IMG/VR virus record: IMGVR_UViG_3300021420_000017
Span: 32,001-96,000 of that record
Direction: 5' to 3' (one strand)
Length of the DNA stretch: 64,000 nt
From: a virus
Shown here: in pieces, positions 60,885 through 64,000 of the stretch
Position numbering within the stretch: the stretch's first letter is position 1
Layout: each line of letters begins with the position of its first letter
Made by a program: the position numbers and the translations under genes
The notes under the pieces: model-generated
Databases searched by the model: none
Seen by the model: only the letters and a program-made list of their open reading frames with translations
Told to the model about the DNA's origin: nothing

Positions 60885-63800
60885 GTGATCCGCAAGCTGT
60901 CGCATGAGACATTGGGCTATCAGCGGCTTGCCCAGATCGGTGAAGTGTATCGCGCCTTCGGCCCGGGCGATGCGGTCATGACGATCGATGGACTGCCGGG
61001 CGAGATCACCGCCGTGCTCGACGGACCATTCCCGCAGACCGAGGAGTACGAGGTCGCCCTCAATGGCGGTGCCGGTGGTGGGCGATACACCGCTGGGCAG
61101 CTCCGGGCACTCGGCAGTCTGACTGGCTTGAGTGCGCTCGCGCTCGCCGTGGACTCCGACGATGAGCAGACCGGCTCGGGCGACACCAGTGACGACCTGA
61201 ACCCCTACGAGGCTACGGTCGGGCTGCACACCGCTGACCTGGATTACGCCGAGCTGCACGACATCCTGCACGAGCGGCGCCCGAACGAGAACATCCGGAT
61301 CTTCGCCTCGCGCACGGCCGCGCTGAACGAGCCCTTCGATGAGGAGTCTGACCCCAACGAGGCAATGGGCGAGACCAATGCCGACGGGGCCGAGCTGAAC
61401 AGGCTGGATCGCGCCGAGCAGCAGGGCAGTCAGCATCCGGCGGTCGAGGACATCGGCCAGCCCGATTCCTGCAGCTACTGCGGCAGTCCGGAGTTCGATG
61501 AGTTCACCAACACCGGGCGGGGCACGCGAGCCCGGTGTGCCCAGTGCGGGGCCACCATGACGAGCTGGGGCGGCCAGTGGCAGCCCGATCCGCCTAACTC
61601 GCCGGAGAATGCTGCCAGTCGTCAGGGCGACCCTCGGGCCACGATCAATGACCTCGGCGCGGTGAGGGGAACTCTTCAGGCCGACTTCGCCGCGCAAGTG
61701 ATGGCTCGGTATGAACTCCTGAGCACGGGTGATCCGGCCTTGTGTGCCATTGCGGCCAACCCGCATGCCGATGCGGTCGCGGCACTGCTGGGTATCCAGC
61801 ATACCGGTGATGGCCAGTTCCGGACCTTCACCCCCGATGAGCGTGAGCAGTTCTTCCAGACCCGGCAGGCTAATCTTGCTGATCCGGACCTGAACTTTCA
61901 CATGACCGCATCGTGGCGCGACGTGCGCGAGAAAGCCAAGCGAATCAAGGATTCAGGTGGAGTCCGCATCTTGGCTGCGAATAACTCCACGGTCGTGGGT
62001 GAGGTGCAGGGCGATACCGCACTGTACGAAAGTTCGTTGAACTATGTCCCTGGGACAAAGAAGATCGCCTACTGGGGATGTGGTTGCAAATGGGCTTCGT
62101 ATAGTTGGGGAAGAAGTCCTGCGTATCGTAGGTTTGAGGGCAGACAATGCTTCTTGCCCGGGACTCAGGTATCTCTGGCTGATGGCACCCGTAAGCCGAT
62201 TGAGCAGATAGCACCTGGCGACCGGGTGCTAACTCATGATGGAGTCGGTACGGTCCACAATCTATGGGAAAACGATTACTCCGGCGTGATCGTTGGGATT
62301 ACCAGGGCCGGGTCTCCTGATGTTGTGTGGGCTACTGAAGACCATGGTGTGCTCGCTAATATTGCTCCTCGTTTGTACCTAAATGATCTGGCTTCAACAC
62401 GTACCTACCGAAATCGGAAGGTACTTAACGACAAGTCACAGTGGAAGCGTACTGAGGCAGGACATCTCCAGGCTGGCGATTGGTTGATGGGTACCTATAC
62501 AGCCGAGACAACCACAGATTTAAGGGACTGGTCAGCAGCCTCATTGCACTCTGATCTTCAGGTACAAGGAGACCGTGTCGTCTTTGTCAGCTCTCCCCGG
62601 GCACTTCACCAGATAGGCAGAACTTACAATCGAGGCAGTGTTCCACTGAATCTGCAGTCTTCGGCCTTTGCCACCCTGTTGGGCTGGTATTTAGCGGAAG
62701 GTAGTGTGGCCGACTTTGACCGTAATGGCATCCCAAAGATCATCGAATGGACTTTGCATGCCGATGAGACTGAGTATGCCGATGAGATTCGAGCATCGCT
62801 ACGTGATCTGGGATGCGGAGAGCCGCGTTGGTACGGTCCTACCAAGAAGATTCAGAAGCAGACAATAAAGGTCAGCAATACAGCTCTCGCGTTAGTCCTT
62901 AGTCATTTGGCGGGAGTTGCTGCTCCAATCAAGCGACTCGATCAGAAGATCATGACGACAGAAGTGGCATTCCAGCAGGATCTGATGATTGCTTATCTAA
63001 AGGGCGATGGGTGGGAGTCTAAAGCTGGGACAGCCTCGCATGCTTTAGCCAAGCAACTTGTTACGCTAGGCGCAAGAACCTCCTCGTTCATTCCCAGGAT
63101 GTCGGTTCAGATCAATAATCGTGGTCCCCAGAATCGAGCGCCGGGTAACCCGTTCTACTCCGTTGAGACATCTGGGCTGTTCATGCAGGGGCGAGAACGA
63201 CTACAGGACAACTACTATGCAACGCGCATAAGCGCGGTCGAGCGCAGACAGTACTGCGGACCCGTCTACAATCTCAATGTTGATTACCAACACACTTACG
63301 CGGTAGATGACTTGGTTGTGTTTAACTGCAGTCATGTTACTGCATTGCAGTATGAAGCACAGAGTCGTGGTATGTTCGGGCGCGCCATCGACCATGACGA
63401 GGAGCGCCTGCCCGGGCAATATCAGCGCAGTCCCGTCACGGTGGAGTACGACCGGTCCCGGGAGAAGAACCTCAACCGGCGCTCGGTGCCGCCGGGAAAC
63501 ATGCGCCGGACGTTCGGCTCGCACCTGGTCACAGCGGCGCTGAGTTTCACCCACCACGGCGACCCGGTGGATGCCGACCAGCATGGCGACCTGATGAACC
63601 GCGAGGGCACCCAGGGTCGCATCACCGCCCATGACGAGGATGGCAACGAGGTCGGCGAGATCCACTATGCGCTGCACCCGCACCACGACCAGGAGGGTGG
63701 GCTCATTCGCTCTGAGGTCACCGGTGGCCACGGCCCGCATCTGTTCTCCGCGCTGGAGGACCACCTGCGCGAGCGGGGTCTGGCGCAGGGTATCTGGAGC

Positions 63801-64000
63801 CACGACGACGAGGGCCATGATCAGGCTCATCAGATGGGCCTGACGCCGCACTACGCGATGCTGACTCCGCTGTCTCCGATCCAGGTCTTCGCTATGGTGA
63901 TGGTCGAGTCGCAGGACGAGCCCGAGGCCATCTTCAGCATGCTCGCGGGCTATGGCGTCACCGGTGAGCCTGCTCTGAGCCTGGTCTCCCAGGCTGCGGC
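60885..64000 (+). CDS. Large head-region protein (>1038 aa, runs off the window; absent from ORF track) with Zn ribbon, SWIM finger, intein and degenerate GNAT-like module
   Basis: Hand translation shows no stop from GTG 60885 to 64000; GAGGAG SD; WGCGCKW...GRQ|CSH. Confidence 0.85.
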   Translation, partial: MIRKLSHETLGYQRLAQIGEVYRAFGPGDAVMTIDGLPGEITAVLDGPFPQTEEYEVALNGGAGGGRYTAGQLRALGSLTGLSALALAVDSDDEQTGSGDTSDDLNPYEATVGLHTADLDYAELHDILHERRPNENIRIFASRTAALNEPFDEESDPNEAMGETNADGAELNRLDRAEQQGSQHPAVEDIGQPDSCSYCGSPEFDEFTNTGRGTRARCAQCGATMTSWGGQWQPDPPNSPENAASRQGDPRATINDLGAVRGTLQADFAAQVMARYELLSTGDPALCAIAANPHADAVAALLGIQHTGDGQFRTFTPDEREQFFQTRQANLADPDLNFHMTASWRDVREKAKRIKDSGGVRILAANNSTVVGEVQGDTALYESSLNYVPGTKKIAYWGCGCKWASYSWGRSPAYRRFEGRQCFLPGTQVSLADGTRKPIEQIAPGDRVLTHDGVGTVHNLWENDYSGVIVGITRAGSPDVVWATEDHGVLANIAPRLYLNDLASTRTYRNRKVLNDKSQWKRTEAGHLQAGDWLMGTYTAETTTDLRDWSAASLHSDLQVQGDRVVFVSSPRALHQIGRTYNRGSVPLNLQSSAFATLLGWYLAEGSVADFDRNGIPKIIEWTLHADETEYADEIRASLRDLGCGEPRWYGPTKKIQKQTIKVSNTALALVLSHLAGVAAPIKRLDQKIMTTEVAFQQDLMIAYLKGDGWESKAGTASHALAKQLVTLGARTSSFIPRMSVQINNRGPQNRAPGNPFYSVETSGLFMQGRERLQDNYYATRISAVERRQYCGPVYNLNVDYQHTYAVDDLVVFNCSHVTALQYEAQSRGMFGRAIDHDEERLPGQYQRSPVTVEYDRSREKNLNRRSVPPGNMRRTFGSHLVTAALSFTHHGDPVDADQHGDLMNREGTQGRITAHDEDGNEVGEIHYALHPHHDQEGGLIRSEVTGGHGPHLFSALEDHLRERGLAQGIWSHDDEGHDQAHQMGLTPHYAMLTPLSPIQVFAMVMVESQDEPEAIFSMLAGYGVTGEPALSLVSQAA
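62148..63326 (+). mobile_element. Intein with LAGLIDADG homing endonuclease (393 aa)
   Basis: Q|CFLPGTQVSLADG; LLGWYLAEGS; IAYLKGDG; PVYNLNVDYQHTYAVDDLVVFN|CSH; low GC. Confidence 0.92.

Noticed and set aside
60669-61901. 410-aa minus-strand ORF, and other long antisense ORFs (49044-49952, 52996-54105, 6720-7820)
   Set aside because: Shadows of high-GC3 plus-strand genes; no SD and no recognisable motifs.

Overview
64 kb of a large, high-GC actinobacteriophage-type genome. There are no host housekeeping genes, and the architecture resembles large cluster-C-like myoviruses (an impression, not a search result). Left to right: the 3' part of terL; a ~1930-aa polyvalent effector protein (2 ART-like, 4 GNAT, RelE-like, Pol-beta nucleotidyltransferase, Zn fingers, 2 ParB/Srx-like domains); ~40 kb of early/middle genes (ArdC-like, DUF6011, MazG-like, ASCH, dcd, a leftward prs-nadV-nrtR NAD operon, thyX re-headed by an HNH endonuclease cassette, a second nucleotidyltransferase, a sigma factor); an aberrant tRNA followed by a pseudoknotted RNA-like domain; then a head-morphogenesis block (large low-complexity virion proteins, portal with a mini-intein, three membrane proteins, and a large ORF with a LAGLIDADG intein that runs off the right edge and is missing from the ORF track). 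Most interesting: (1) an antitoxin-like gene nested in the +1 frame of the giant ORF just before its RelE domain; (2) [R/K]TA motifs at module boundaries of late proteins, suggesting a processed polyprotein; (3) the tRNA-like plus pseudoknot RNA; (4) a GTCGCCAA leader box at 10 translation-initiation regions; (5) the thyX 5'-end replacement; (6) a NARP1-like operon with an ADP-ribose sensor. All family calls come from motifs recognised by eye; no searches or folding programs were run.
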